Shown in pieces: positions 1-9,945 of a DNA stretch of 64,000 nt (positions within the stretch are counted from its first letter, which is position 1; each line of letters starts with the position of its first letter). Under the pieces are notes generated by a model. It was given only the letters and a program-made list of their open reading frames with translations. It did not search any database and was not told where the DNA came from. Origin of the DNA: Savitreella phatthalungensis (Eukaryota); contig AP039689.1 in the NCBI GenBank assembly GCA_051599415.1, forward strand, positions 930,001 through 994,000. Direction: 5' to 3'. The translations under genes and the position numbers were made by a program.

Positions 1-78
1 CTCAGGACGACCGGCGCCGCTGACGTCTCCCTCGACCTGCTGCGCAGGTATTTTGTCGGCAGCTCGGAGGATCGGCAT
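1..78 (-). CDS. Possible N-terminus of a gene running off the left edge (MPILRAADKIPAQQVEGDVSGAGRPE...)
   Basis: ATG at 78 on the minus strand, open to the window edge, preceded by a C/A-rich leader like other genes here. Too short to assign a family. Confidence 0.3.
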   Translation of the reverse strand, partial: MPILRAADKIPAQQVEGDVSGAGRPE

Positions 79-516
79 TGGTGTTTGTGAGGAGGTTGGG
101 GGAGGGGGCAAAAGAGGTGACTTTTATGGCCGGCGATTTTTGGTCGTCGAGGTTTGCCGGCCGGCTCTTCTGACACGCACGTTTTGTCACAGGTGTAATA
201 CCCGCTTGTGAGATTGGCAGCTCACACGCAAACAGTGTCATCCACTCACACAGGTGACGAGGCAAAGACGAGCGAAGCGTATCGTCTCAGCTCGACCGCG
301 CAGTCACTGACAAGTCACAACCTATTCTCACTCGTCTCGCTTCTTCCGCGTGCCAACATGGCAAAATGACGAGATCACCACTCAACCACGCGACGTGGCG
401 ACCGGCAGTGTTTCACGGAACAACCACAACGAGCGGAGTTATGTCAATGTGATGCAATGCGATCGTATATACTGTACTTGGGAAAGGCTATGATGTGATG
501 GGGATATGGGAGGAAA

Positions 517-2271
517 CTAGTCGGTGTAGCAGCCAAGGGAAGCAGGCTTGACGTTCTTTGCAAACTTGTAGAGGGTACCGCGGTCGTACTTGAGGGGCGG
601 AGCGACGAATGACTCACGACGCTTCGCCAGCACATCTTCCTCGACGTGTAGATCGATGACGCGCTCATTTGCATCAATCGTGATGGTGTCACCGTCCTCG
701 ACGAGCGCGATCGGACCTCCTTCCTGAGCCTCTGGGCAGATGTGGCCGATGAGGAAGCCGTGTGAGCCACCTGAGAATCGACCGTCCGTGAGGAGGGCGA
801 CGTCTTTGCCAAGACCCATACCCATGATCGCTGACGACGGCTTCAGCATCTCAGGCATACCGGGACCGCCCTTTGGACCTTCGTACCGGATCACCACCAC
901 AGTCTTCTCACCGTGCTTGATCTCACCGGCCTCGAGCGCAGTGATGAAGTGGTCCTCGTCGTTGTAGACCTTTGCCTTGCCTGTGAACGTCAAGCCTTCC
1001 TTGCCTGTGATCTTGGCGACAGAGCCTTCAGGCGCCAGGTTACCGCGCAGGATCTGGATGTGACCGGTCTCCTTGATCGGGTTCGAGAGCGGGCGAATGA
1101 TGTCCTGACCTTCCGGCAGTGCCTTGAACTCGTCCAGGTTCTCTGCCAGGGTCTTACCGGTGATGGTGAGGATAGAGCCATCGAGCAGACCTTCCTTCAG
1201 CAGGTACTTCATCACGGCAGGGATACCACCGACACGGTGGAGGTCGTCCATGACGTACTTGCCGGATGGCTTCATGTCGGCAATGAATGGTACGCGGTCG
1301 GATACCTTCTGGAAGTCCTCGATCGTCAGATCAACACCGGCAGCGCGAGCGATAGCGAGCAGGTGGAGGACGGCGTTGGTGGAGCCACCGATGGCCATGG
1401 TCAAAACCATCGCATTCTCGAAAGCAGCCCTGGTCATGATATCACGTGGCTTGATGTCCTTCTCTAGTAGCACACGAATGGCGCGTCCTGCACGACGGCA
1501 CTCGTCCTGCTTCTCCGGCGAGACGGCAGGGTAGGAAGAAGAGCCGGGCAGAGACATACCCATGACTTCTGCTGCAGATGCCATCGTGTTGGCTGTGTAG
1601 ATACCACCGCAGGCACCTGCACCTGGGCAAGCGTTGCGGATCACATCGTGGCGCTTCTCCTCGTCAATTGTGCCGTTGATGTACTCACCGTACGCCTGGA
1701 AGGCGGAGATGATGTCGATGTCCATGTTGTTCTGGAGCTTCGCGCAGCCGGCCTTGATTGTACCACCGTACACCATGATCGACGGTCTATTGAATCGAGC
1801 CATGGCGATCAGAACTCCCGGCATGTTCTTGTCACAACCAGGAATGGAGATGTTGGCATCATACCACTGTCCACCCATGACGGTCTCGACAGAGTCTGCG
1901 ATGATCTCACGAGACTGAAGGGAGTAGCGCATACCCTTGGTGCCCATTGAGATACCGTCAGACACACCGATCGTGTTGAAACGGTAGCCAATGAGACCTG
2001 CATCCTGAACTCCCTTCTTGACCTCACCTGCGAGGTCCATGAGATGCATGTTGCAAGGGTTTCCCTCGTACCAGACACTAGAAATGCCTACCTGAGCTTT
2101 GCTCATATCCTGCTCTGTGAGTCCAGTAGCGTAGAGCATCGCCTGGGAGGCTCCCTGTGACTTTGGCTGTGTGATGTTCTTCGATGTAGCATTGAGTTCC
2201 TTGAGCTGAGCGCGTGAAGTGTGGAACTGCTTTGACGCTGCGCCCGTGAGCTTCGTCATTGCTGGTCTCAT
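517..2271 (-). CDS. ILV3: Dihydroxy-acid dehydratase, mitochondrial
   Basis: Motifs [38 protein letters not shown] and [11 protein letters not shown]; basic N-terminal presequence. Confidence 0.97.
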   Translation of the reverse strand: MRPAMTKLTGAASKQFHTSRAQLKELNATSKNITQPKSQGASQAMLYATGLTEQDMSKAQVGISSVWYEGNPCNMHLMDLAGEVKKGVQDAGLIGYRFNTIGVSDGISMGTKGMRYSLQSREIIADSVETVMGGQWYDANISIPGCDKNMPGVLIAMARFNRPSIMVYGGTIKAGCAKLQNNMDIDIISAFQAYGEYINGTIDEEKRHDVIRNACPGAGACGGIYTANTMASAAEVMGMSLPGSSSYPAVSPEKQDECRRAGRAIRVLLEKDIKPRDIMTRAAFENAMVLTMAIGGSTNAVLHLLAIARAAGVDLTIEDFQKVSDRVPFIADMKPSGKYVMDDLHRVGGIPAVMKYLLKEGLLDGSILTITGKTLAENLDEFKALPEGQDIIRPLSNPIKETGHIQILRGNLAPEGSVAKITGKEGLTFTGKAKVYNDEDHFITALEAGEIKHGEKTVVVIRYEGPKGGPGMPEMLKPSSAIMGMGLGKDVALLTDGRFSGGSHGFLIGHICPEAQEGGPIALVEDGDTITIDANERVIDLHVEEDVLAKRRESFVAPPLKYDRGTLYKFAKNVKPASLGCYTD

Positions 2272-2725
2272 CGGATCAAGTTGCAGCAGAAGTAGAAGTA
2301 CAAGATGAGCAACGTGACCTGTTGGATTGACTTCCTACCTACCTGTTGCTGGCGCTGTTGGTAACAATGTACTGAACAGTATAGCTGACTGACTTTTTCA
2401 CAAATATTCCCCGCTGCCATTTCCCCCGTAACTCTAACAATCCTCGAGAAGCACGTGACTGTTCACGTTACTCAGCTTCAGTCAACATGCACAAACAGCC
2501 AAGGATACATGAGCAGCAACAAGACGATGACTACATACCAGCTTAGTGACGTCTATCAAGTCGCATCGAACGGCTAGTGACCTGCTTCAGGCTTTGTAAA
2601 GATGCTGAAGGCCGCTTGTAGATGAACAGCATGATCAAGTCAAGCTTGGCAGAAAGAGAGGCTCACAGATAACACTGAAACCTGCGTAACCGTGATAGAT
2701 CCTCTTCCCGAGAACGTCAACTTTG

Positions 2726-4168
2726 ATGTCTGCCGAACAGATCTACAGGCAATGGACCGAGCGTTATGGACTAGCTCAAGAGAACTTCTATTCGCACATC
2801 TTGCGCACGCCCACGTGTCTGCTTGACTTTGGCGTGCCATCAGGGCTGGAGCTGAATTTGACGAGCTCTCCGTCGACTTTCTTCGCCAATAGCCATCGCC
2901 TGTCGCTCTTCCCTCAGATTGGAGGTGCCCTTGGGTTTTTGTTCTCGTCCATTCCTCTAGCCGGGAATCAGGGGACCCGTCAAGGTCCGCTAAGAGATGC
3001 CGTCGAAGGGTACCAGCGTGTGCGTGAACTACGACGGTCCCCCTTCTTCCAAGCAGATGATGATGGTAACGACGACGTGCTGGCAAGTGCTAGTCTCAGT
3101 GGACTACGACCTACGCTACTGTTTGGCAGACTGCACCTGCCCACGTCACGCCTCGAAGCTGTGTTTGCTCGACGGCTGAGTGCACAGCGGCAGCTCGTGC
3201 TGACTGCGCTCTCGCACCAAGATCTGCTGACGGAGGCGGCAGCCGCCGGAACGACGTCAGGAGTTCCAACTCCCTCCAAGGGCACACTCCTCGTCCAGCT
3301 TCAGGGCGACTATGGCAAGTACACGACAGAATGGCTGTACAACACTGATGACGCACTCCTTGGATTCCGGGTCATGCGCAACCTCGGTCATGACCCATTC
3401 GATCTCAGCACTACCTTGTCCCCGATACCCACGGACACAAAGTCCGCCGAATCCATCAAGCCGGTACCGGGAGCACCATCCACAAGGACCACAGCGACAA
3501 TCCCCACCTCGAAGGATGAGACGTTGCCACTGTCGAGCTACGGCAGGTTCAGCTACGGCATGGAGGCGTACTATGGTGCTGTGCATTCTAACTTGGGCGT
3601 TTCGATGGGAATGCGGTTTGCGACGCTGCCTCGGTATAAGGGTTTGCCAGTGACTGCGACGTTTGTAGGGAATCCGATCGTCGGCCACCTGTCAACTACC
3701 TACACCGTCTCTAGACCTAACGTCGCAACCCTCTCCAGCAGACTCGACTTCAACCTCTTCTCGTACGAGTCCTCTGCATCCTTTGGTCTCGAGCTGTTCC
3801 AGTATGCTCATCCACCAGGACGTGCTCGGGCACTTGCGAACGCGACGCATGAGGGAGCAGCGACTGGTGGAGATCCGCTCGATCTCTCAACGATCCACGA
3901 ATCGATCGATGGGGTTGTGTCTGATGCGCTAGATGCGCCGGCAGAGATGCCGAGAGAGCGAAATGAGACAAGGGCGACTGGCCACGAACATCAACACTTC
4001 ATCGAGCCGGTCGGCATCGTCAAGCTCTCGGTTCACAGTGCAACGGGACGTGGTGGTGTCTTATGGCAAGGTCGATCGGGTCCTGTGCTCGTTCGTGTTG
4101 GAGCTAAGGTGGATTTGATCCAGCGCAAGTTTGACACAGTCGGATGTGAGGTGCTCTACGGCGCATAG
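2726..4168 (+). CDS. MDM10: Mitochondrial distribution and morphology protein 10 (ERMES/SAM beta-barrel)
   Basis: LLDFGVPSGLELNL, LLFGRLHLPTSRLEA, EWLYNTDDALLGFR, NPIVGHLSTTY and SRLDFNLFSYES match Mdm10. ATG at 2726 (track start 2723 is TTG). Confidence 0.88.
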   Translation: MSAEQIYRQWTERYGLAQENFYSHILRTPTCLLDFGVPSGLELNLTSSPSTFFANSHRLSLFPQIGGALGFLFSSIPLAGNQGTRQGPLRDAVEGYQRVRELRRSPFFQADDDGNDDVLASASLSGLRPTLLFGRLHLPTSRLEAVFARRLSAQRQLVLTALSHQDLLTEAAAAGTTSGVPTPSKGTLLVQLQGDYGKYTTEWLYNTDDALLGFRVMRNLGHDPFDLSTTLSPIPTDTKSAESIKPVPGAPSTRTTATIPTSKDETLPLSSYGRFSYGMEAYYGAVHSNLGVSMGMRFATLPRYKGLPVTATFVGNPIVGHLSTTYTVSRPNVATLSSRLDFNLFSYESSASFGLELFQYAHPPGRARALANATHEGAATGGDPLDLSTIHESIDGVVSDALDAPAEMPRERNETRATGHEHQHFIEPVGIVKLSVHSATGRGGVLWQGRSGPVLVRVGAKVDLIQRKFDTVGCEVLYGA

Positions 4169-4256
4169 GTCAGCAAATTCGATGATGAATGTCCTCGTAA
4201 TTATACAGTACTGCGACGGAATAGGGACTACGAATACACAGTTTTGGACCGCTCGA

Positions 4257-6077
4257 TCAGGCTGCGACAGCAGGGACATGGGACTGCTGCCTTGCTGGTG
4301 ACAAATCGTGATGCTTCGTCGGGTGGGCAACTCGATCGAGGCCAGCAGAGACTTTACTGACGGCAGCGGTGGTGCGATCTTCAGGTCCGTTGTTCGACCC
4401 GAAAGAAGACAATGATGACCGATCATCCCCGATATCGGAGCTCGAGATGGATGAGCGCGGTGATCCGTCGGGCTGACGCATCACACCGTTACCAGTGCGT
4501 TCTGCGTCGTCAGGGAGTGCGTTCGAGCGCCGAGTATCTTTCAGTTCAGACAACCGCTTGTCGTCTTGTCCCAAAGTGACGATCCGCAGGCCCGGGAAGT
4601 TCTTCTCAAATAGCTTCTGAATCGCAGGCAGCTTCTTCGGGTCAGGCATAAATGTGCCGGAGGAGTTGTCAATGACGAGAGTGAACTCGTCAACGCTGTG
4701 GCGGTGCTCGTCGTTCGGGTATGTCCTTGCAGATTTGTCTTTATCGTTACCGGCATTCGGTCCCTTCTTGACACGCTTGGAGACTTCTGCGTGATGCTGA
4801 CGCTTGAGCTTCCAATAGCTAGGCTTGAGTCGATCACGCGCGCGCATCTTGCGCTTCGCGGCTTCGAGCTCACCCTCCTCTCCGAGATCAATGAGATTCT
4901 CCGTACCCTGTCTGACGCGCATGACCAATGAGTCGTCCTTGACAATGGTCGACGATGCAGTACCTCGACCATCCTTCCCGTTCTTATTTTCATGCGCATC
5001 CTGGTGCGCTTGTGCGTCGTCATCGAGAGCGCCGGACGGGCCGCCCGCACGAACAGCTTCCTCGCCAGTTTGTCCTTCGGTTCGACGGACAAAGAAGAAT
5101 TCTCCCGAGTATACCACATGCTTGGACGCGTTGCAGTGCATGGCATGTTTTGACAGATGGTTGATGGCGAACGCAGGACCAGTCTGCGTGAAGTGCAAGA
5201 CCCCGTTGGGCATGATCGCATATGTGAAGACCTTCCTGTCAAGATCAGTGGCTGCATCTGTCATCTCCAGCAGACGAGCGGCTGCATCGTCACGTGGACA
5301 TGATCCAACCAGAGTTCGCTTATCGAAGCCGTAGATGGTGGAATGTTGGGTGCGAAGGGCACGTCTCAGGAGGATGCCGCGGATGTCTCGTCCGTAGATC
5401 ATCTTGATCTCGCTTCGCTTCTTCGTATACTCGAATCTGCAATCCGGAATCTCTTTGAGCTGGAGTCTGTATGCCAAGAAGCACATGACATTGGAGCCAC
5501 TGCCTTTGGTTCCAGCCATTCTGCCGAGCATGGGACTGAAATGAATACTGTACCTTAAAGGTCCAGTCTGTCGGGGTTCCGGCAGCGACTCTTCATCCTT
5601 GCGTACCTTGAGTCGCAAAACCAGAGAGGCTGACTGTCGGTTGAGATCCTGGAAGGCAAACCAGGAGTGTATATAGGTGAGAAAGTAGACCTTTGCATTG
5701 GCTTGGCGTTTCTGCACTTTCAGTGTTATCTCTTTTCCAGACTTGCTCCCTTCTGTCTCCTTGCACAACTGCTCGAGATTTTCGAGTTTGAGTTCTGAAA
5801 CACCAAGTCTGTCGTTATCGAGCTTCCGCGGGTCTTCATCATACATTCGTAGTTTGACAAATGTGCCCTCTTTGACTCCGCTAACCTGCCAGACGTCATC
5901 ATGCTGCCACTCTGGAAATCGGGTTGAGCGACAAGTACTTGTTCGAAAGACGAGCTCGTCATCTGTTTTGTGATTCATTAGTCCAACGATGTATGGGTCG
6001 GAAGAGCCATTGAAGAAATCGCCGATCGGAACGTGGGCTGCCTTGACAAACTGGATTGCTACTGTGTATGTAGCCAT
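4257..6077 (-). CDS. C2-domain protein with an uncharacterised conserved C-terminal domain
   Basis: N-terminal C2 features (GDFFNGSSDPY, LRMYDED, DRLG), then FTY..G.L.F, LSKHAMH, YSGEFF and IDNSSGTFMP motifs. Confidence 0.8.
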   Translation of the reverse strand: MATYTVAIQFVKAAHVPIGDFFNGSSDPYIVGLMNHKTDDELVFRTSTCRSTRFPEWQHDDVWQVSGVKEGTFVKLRMYDEDPRKLDNDRLGVSELKLENLEQLCKETEGSKSGKEITLKVQKRQANAKVYFLTYIHSWFAFQDLNRQSASLVLRLKVRKDEESLPEPRQTGPLRYSIHFSPMLGRMAGTKGSGSNVMCFLAYRLQLKEIPDCRFEYTKKRSEIKMIYGRDIRGILLRRALRTQHSTIYGFDKRTLVGSCPRDDAAARLLEMTDAATDLDRKVFTYAIMPNGVLHFTQTGPAFAINHLSKHAMHCNASKHVVYSGEFFFVRRTEGQTGEEAVRAGGPSGALDDDAQAHQDAHENKNGKDGRGTASSTIVKDDSLVMRVRQGTENLIDLGEEGELEAAKRKMRARDRLKPSYWKLKRQHHAEVSKRVKKGPNAGNDKDKSARTYPNDEHRHSVDEFTLVIDNSSGTFMPDPKKLPAIQKLFEKNFPGLRIVTLGQDDKRLSELKDTRRSNALPDDAERTGNGVMRQPDGSPRSSISSSDIGDDRSSLSSFGSNNGPEDRTTAAVSKVSAGLDRVAHPTKHHDLSPARQQSHVPAVAA

Positions 6078-6851
6078 GGCTGGTCTGTCAGGAGTTGGAA
6101 GGGAGTATGCGAGCTGTTATATGGTTGTGCCAAGAGCAAGCGCGCACGCAATTGTATTGGCTGGCTGGATTTAGAGGCGTATGTACGCTCAAGGCTTAGC
6201 CGGTCGTTATCGTTGCAGGTGAAACAGCGAGATGGCTTGTCTTTATGGGAGATGTTTGGATGATTGCTGGTTCAACGTCTTCAAAGTACGTGTATGTACG
6301 CTGTTTGTGTGAATGTGGGTGAAGCAGATATGGTGTATGTTTATGTAGGTGTGCGTGAGTGCGTGTGTGCTTGCGTGTGTGCTTGCGTGAGTGCTTGCTG
6401 ACGCGCTGAGATGCTTGCGAAGAGTAATTGCAATGTAATCTATCTTGGTCGTGTGTCTGTCGATGGTGGATGGTGGATGGGTGATCTTCCAAAAGGCTCG
6501 TCGGTTAATTCTGGCTTTGATGATGACCAGCTGTCCGTGCGTTTGTGTGTTGGTTGCTGAAGATCTGAAAGTGGGACCGTTGCTTCGGTATTGCCGTCTC
6601 TATCGCTATCTACTAATCTTCAACTTAGAATATGCCTTACACATCTAATGCCAACAATTGATCTCCCATGAATCCCAAGCTGGAGCCTGTCATCGGTTGA
6701 AGTTACGCGTGGACTGTTGTTTATCGAGATGCAACAGAAAGTTGGATTGAAGGTGCGTGCTATGACGTAAAAGTTGTATTGAAATTTCAGTTTTGTCCCT
6801 GCCCAGTCTGTACAAAAGTCTGAAACGAAAGACGAGCAATATTCGAAATTT

Positions 6852-6886
6852 AAACTCAAAAGTCAGAACTCAAAAGTCAAAACTGA
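6852..6886 (+). repeat. Five tandem degenerate heptamers (consensus RAANTCA)
   Basis: AAACTCA AAAGTCA GAACTCA AAAGTCA AAACTGA read directly. Confidence 0.7.
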
Positions 6887-7265
6887 ATTTAAAACCCGAT
6901 ACGTTTCAGAAATGCAGTGATGATCAGCATGGCAATCAATCATCTTGCTCGGTCATGCAATCTCAAACTTAGTCTGCAAGCCATCCGTTCATCATATGCA
7001 CAAACAGCCCTTCTGCGGCCATTTGACCCCCTGAATGCTAGTAGTATGTTGTATCAACCGCAGCATTTCTCCAACGGTCATTCATGCTGCATGGAGCTCG
7101 TCATCTCTTCCGAGCCAATTAGTGATGTGCTTGAATTTGCCCTGCTTAAATCCATCTTGTCGTATCCTCTCTCGGCTGGCTCAATGTCCTGCAAAGCCCG
7201 TCAATTCATGATATGACCTGTCTTTTCGTACCGTGCGTGATATCGCTTTCTGCGTTGTGATTAAA

Positions 7266-8216
7266 TCATGTTTTGTAGTGAGCTGCTTCTCCTGATCTGT
7301 CGTCTGCTCCTAGTCTGGAGATTCGGAACTGCCAGTATTTCACTCTAATCTTGTCCCTTGTGGAGAGCAGGGTGAGGTATCCTTTCGCCTTTTCGAGATT
7401 GCCCTCTGCTTCATAATGCTCCGCCAGATAGTCGAGTGATGGTAATGTCTGGTGTCGCAATGCTGTCTCCTTCAGCAAATTCGAGGACTCTGGCTGGGCT
7501 CCCACGTCCTCGGCCACCGCACGTGCATACCACCAACTCGACACATTATCTGGAGCACGATCAATCTGAGTGATTGCATACCGAATCTCTTCACCAACAA
7601 ATGTCTGGTCGAGCGTTCCAGCTTCAGCAATATCGAACAGCACATAGTGCCGATGATTCCAGGCTGAATTGTTGTAGGGATCTCGCTCAATCAGGCGCTC
7701 AGTGAGTGGGAGAAACTCACGCCACCTTTTCTTGTCTCCATACTCGCCTATCAGCCATTGCAGATAGCTCCAGAGGTGGTAATTCTTTGCATCGTCCTCG
7801 ACAAGGAATGTTTCAAGTGTCTCGAGCTCGTCTTCTGGAATTCTTCCAAGTCTCCGTACTTGGAGCTCCCTGTGATGCCAGAGTTGATAGTTCTTGCCGT
7901 TTTGCTCGGTCAAGCGGTTGACGTAGCTCAACTCCTCGAGTGGATCAATGGACAGGGCTGCAAGACACTTTGCCCTGTATGCCCAGATCGAATAGTGGGC
8001 CGGGTTATGTGCGAGAATGAATTTCGTGACAGCGATGCCTCTGTGAGAGTACTCTTCACGCTCGATCAAGGCACGGTAAAGAGCCATACCATCCTTGTAG
8101 TCTTGTTCATACAAGATCGGAGAGAGCACCTGAACGCCAGCATTCTCAGGCTCATACAACGGCTGTAACGGTGGATCTTGACTAGCGAGTTCTGCAAGCT
8201 CCAAATTGTTCAACAT
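7266..8216 (-). CDS. RAM2: Protein farnesyltransferase/geranylgeranyltransferase-I alpha subunit
   Basis: PPTA repeats NPAHYSIWAYR, KNYQLWHHR, AKNYHLWSY, DPYNNSAWNHR and PDNVSSW; C-terminal DKIRVKYW. Confidence 0.92.
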   Translation of the reverse strand: MLNNLELAELASQDPPLQPLYEPENAGVQVLSPILYEQDYKDGMALYRALIEREEYSHRGIAVTKFILAHNPAHYSIWAYRAKCLAALSIDPLEELSYVNRLTEQNGKNYQLWHHRELQVRRLGRIPEDELETLETFLVEDDAKNYHLWSYLQWLIGEYGDKKRWREFLPLTERLIERDPYNNSAWNHRHYVLFDIAEAGTLDQTFVGEEIRYAITQIDRAPDNVSSWWYARAVAEDVGAQPESSNLLKETALRHQTLPSLDYLAEHYEAEGNLEKAKGYLTLLSTRDKIRVKYWQFRISRLGADDRSGEAAHYKT

Positions 8217-8532
8217 CTATAAGCGCGTAGAGCAATGTGACTACTCTCTCTTGTTCTCTGACGAGGAAGTGAATCACACAGCTAGTTTCCTGTACAGATT
8301 CACCTGCCTGATCCTGCTTTGATGTTAGGAAGTCTTGTCCTTGTAGTGCATGTCTGTGCATCTTGTAAGTCTATTTGTGTGCTGAAATGTTGGTGCAGGT
8401 GAATATCACATGCTAATCAGGTCCACGTTTGAGTTTTCCTGCGCAATTGGATCAATATATTGATCAATTGATCTATCGAATCAATCATTCGAGTTAGACA
8501 AAGAATATTCTTGAGCAACTAATCACGCAACA

Positions 8533-8570
8533 TACGTACGCATGTACGTATACTGTACGTACGTACGCAT
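8533..8570. repeat. TACG/TACGTA-rich low-complexity tract
   Basis: tacgtacgcatgtacgtatactgtacgtacgtacgcat lies in the divergent RAM2/oxidoreductase intergenic region. Confidence 0.6.
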
Positions 8571-8793
8571 ACAGTGGAGGATGCATCATAAACGAACAAT
8601 AGGCTCAGGCATACTAGATATCTGACTTCTAGAGCAGCTGTGTTCACGCACATTCGAGCACACATCTCTTCTTAGTAACCTCTTCACTGCCTGCTGTCCA
8701 GACTCTGTCTTTGCACAACTCAGACAACTACAGCGCCTCTCGTACCAGTGCTTGAAAGGCACATCATCAAAATCTCTCGAACGTCATTCAACC

Positions 8794-9822
8794 ATGTCAG
8801 ATTCTACACCATCTGCAGACACCATGCGAGCATGGCAAGCAGTTCGTCCAGGAAAAAGCCAGGATGTGCTTGAGCTCAAAACCGATGTTCCAAAAGTAGG
8901 GACCACTCTGATGGATGATGAAGTACTCGTCAAGGTCATATCCACCTCCCTCAACCCTGTCGACCCGAAGACGTTTGGCGATGGCGTCACCAAATTTGTC
9001 CGCCGATTTCCAATCATCCCAGGATGCGACTTTGCAGGCCGGCTTGTGAAGGCTGGGAGCAAGATTGATCACCTGCGCGAAGGCACGCTGGTCTGGGGTC
9101 GAGTAGATCCACTGACCCGGAACGGTGTGCTGGCAGAGTACGTGGTCGCGAAAGGTGGCAACACTGTGCAGATTCCAGAGGGCGTCAAGCCAGACAGTGC
9201 TGCGACGCTCGGTGTTGCAGCTGGGACTGCCTTGATTGCGCTCCGGGATGCTCGTGTAGGGCAAAAGATCTTCGTCAACGGCGGCAGTGGTGGCGTCGGC
9301 GTCTTCACCCTTCAGATCGCCAAACACAAAGGCCTTAGGGTTGTCGCCTCATGCTCAACCGCCAACATCGACCTGTGCAAGTCGCTGGGCGCAGATGAGG
9401 TCCTAGACTACAAGGCAGGTGGGGATATCCTCCAGCAGATGAAAGCCCGTGGAGACCTGTTTGACCACTTTATCGACAATGTCGGCAACGATATGTCACT
9501 CTACAAGCGGTCACGCGAGTTTGTTCGGCCCGAAGGATCTTTCGTCCAAGTTGGTCTGACACCGAAAGTAAACGACATCGCCAACGTGGTCGGTAACTTT
9601 GTCACTCCTTCGTTCTTCGGTGGCGGTCGCGCGTCTTACAGACTCATCGGTACGGGAGACAAGCTGCAGGTCTTCTACGAGCTTTCAGATCTTCTGAAAA
9701 ACGGGCATATCGATCCAGTGATCGACTCGGTCTATGAGTTTGAGCAAGCCAAAGAAGCATTTGCAAAGCTCGATTCTGGTCGTGCTCGTGGCAAGATCAT
9801 CGTCCATGTCAATCCTGAGTGA
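8794..9822 (+). CDS. MDR-superfamily NAD(P)H quinone oxidoreductase (RTN4IP1/Yim1-like)
   Basis: SLNPVD, IPGCDFAG, NGGSGGVG nucleotide-binding loop and GRARGKIIV; no Zn-ADH cysteines. First ATG at 8794. Confidence 0.88.
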   Translation: MSDSTPSADTMRAWQAVRPGKSQDVLELKTDVPKVGTTLMDDEVLVKVISTSLNPVDPKTFGDGVTKFVRRFPIIPGCDFAGRLVKAGSKIDHLREGTLVWGRVDPLTRNGVLAEYVVAKGGNTVQIPEGVKPDSAATLGVAAGTALIALRDARVGQKIFVNGGSGGVGVFTLQIAKHKGLRVVASCSTANIDLCKSLGADEVLDYKAGGDILQQMKARGDLFDHFIDNVGNDMSLYKRSREFVRPEGSFVQVGLTPKVNDIANVVGNFVTPSFFGGGRASYRLIGTGDKLQVFYELSDLLKNGHIDPVIDSVYEFEQAKEAFAKLDSGRARGKIIVHVNPE

Positions 9823-9945
9823 GAAAGGACTCATGATCATCATGAGTACATTCCGTCACTTCGCACATGACTCCTTTTTTTAGCCCGGAGATTTACTAAA
9901 TTTAGATCAATTCATTCATGTCCATACCCTGCCTAGCCTGGCATC

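Noticed and set aside
913..1467. Long antisense ORFs inside conserved genes (also 32244-32762, 46091-46792, 12934-13755)
   Set aside because: Expected shadows of GC-rich biased codon usage; no independent motifs.
2384..2482. Gcn4/CpcA-like TGACTGA and TTACTCA sites upstream of ILV3
   Set aside because: Only imperfect matches to TGACTCA; plausible for an amino-acid biosynthesis gene but not supportable from sequence alone.
6917..7216. 99-aa intergenic ORF (also 33695-33877, 54570-54830)
   Set aside because: No recognisable motif or coding-like codon pattern; length is within chance expectation.
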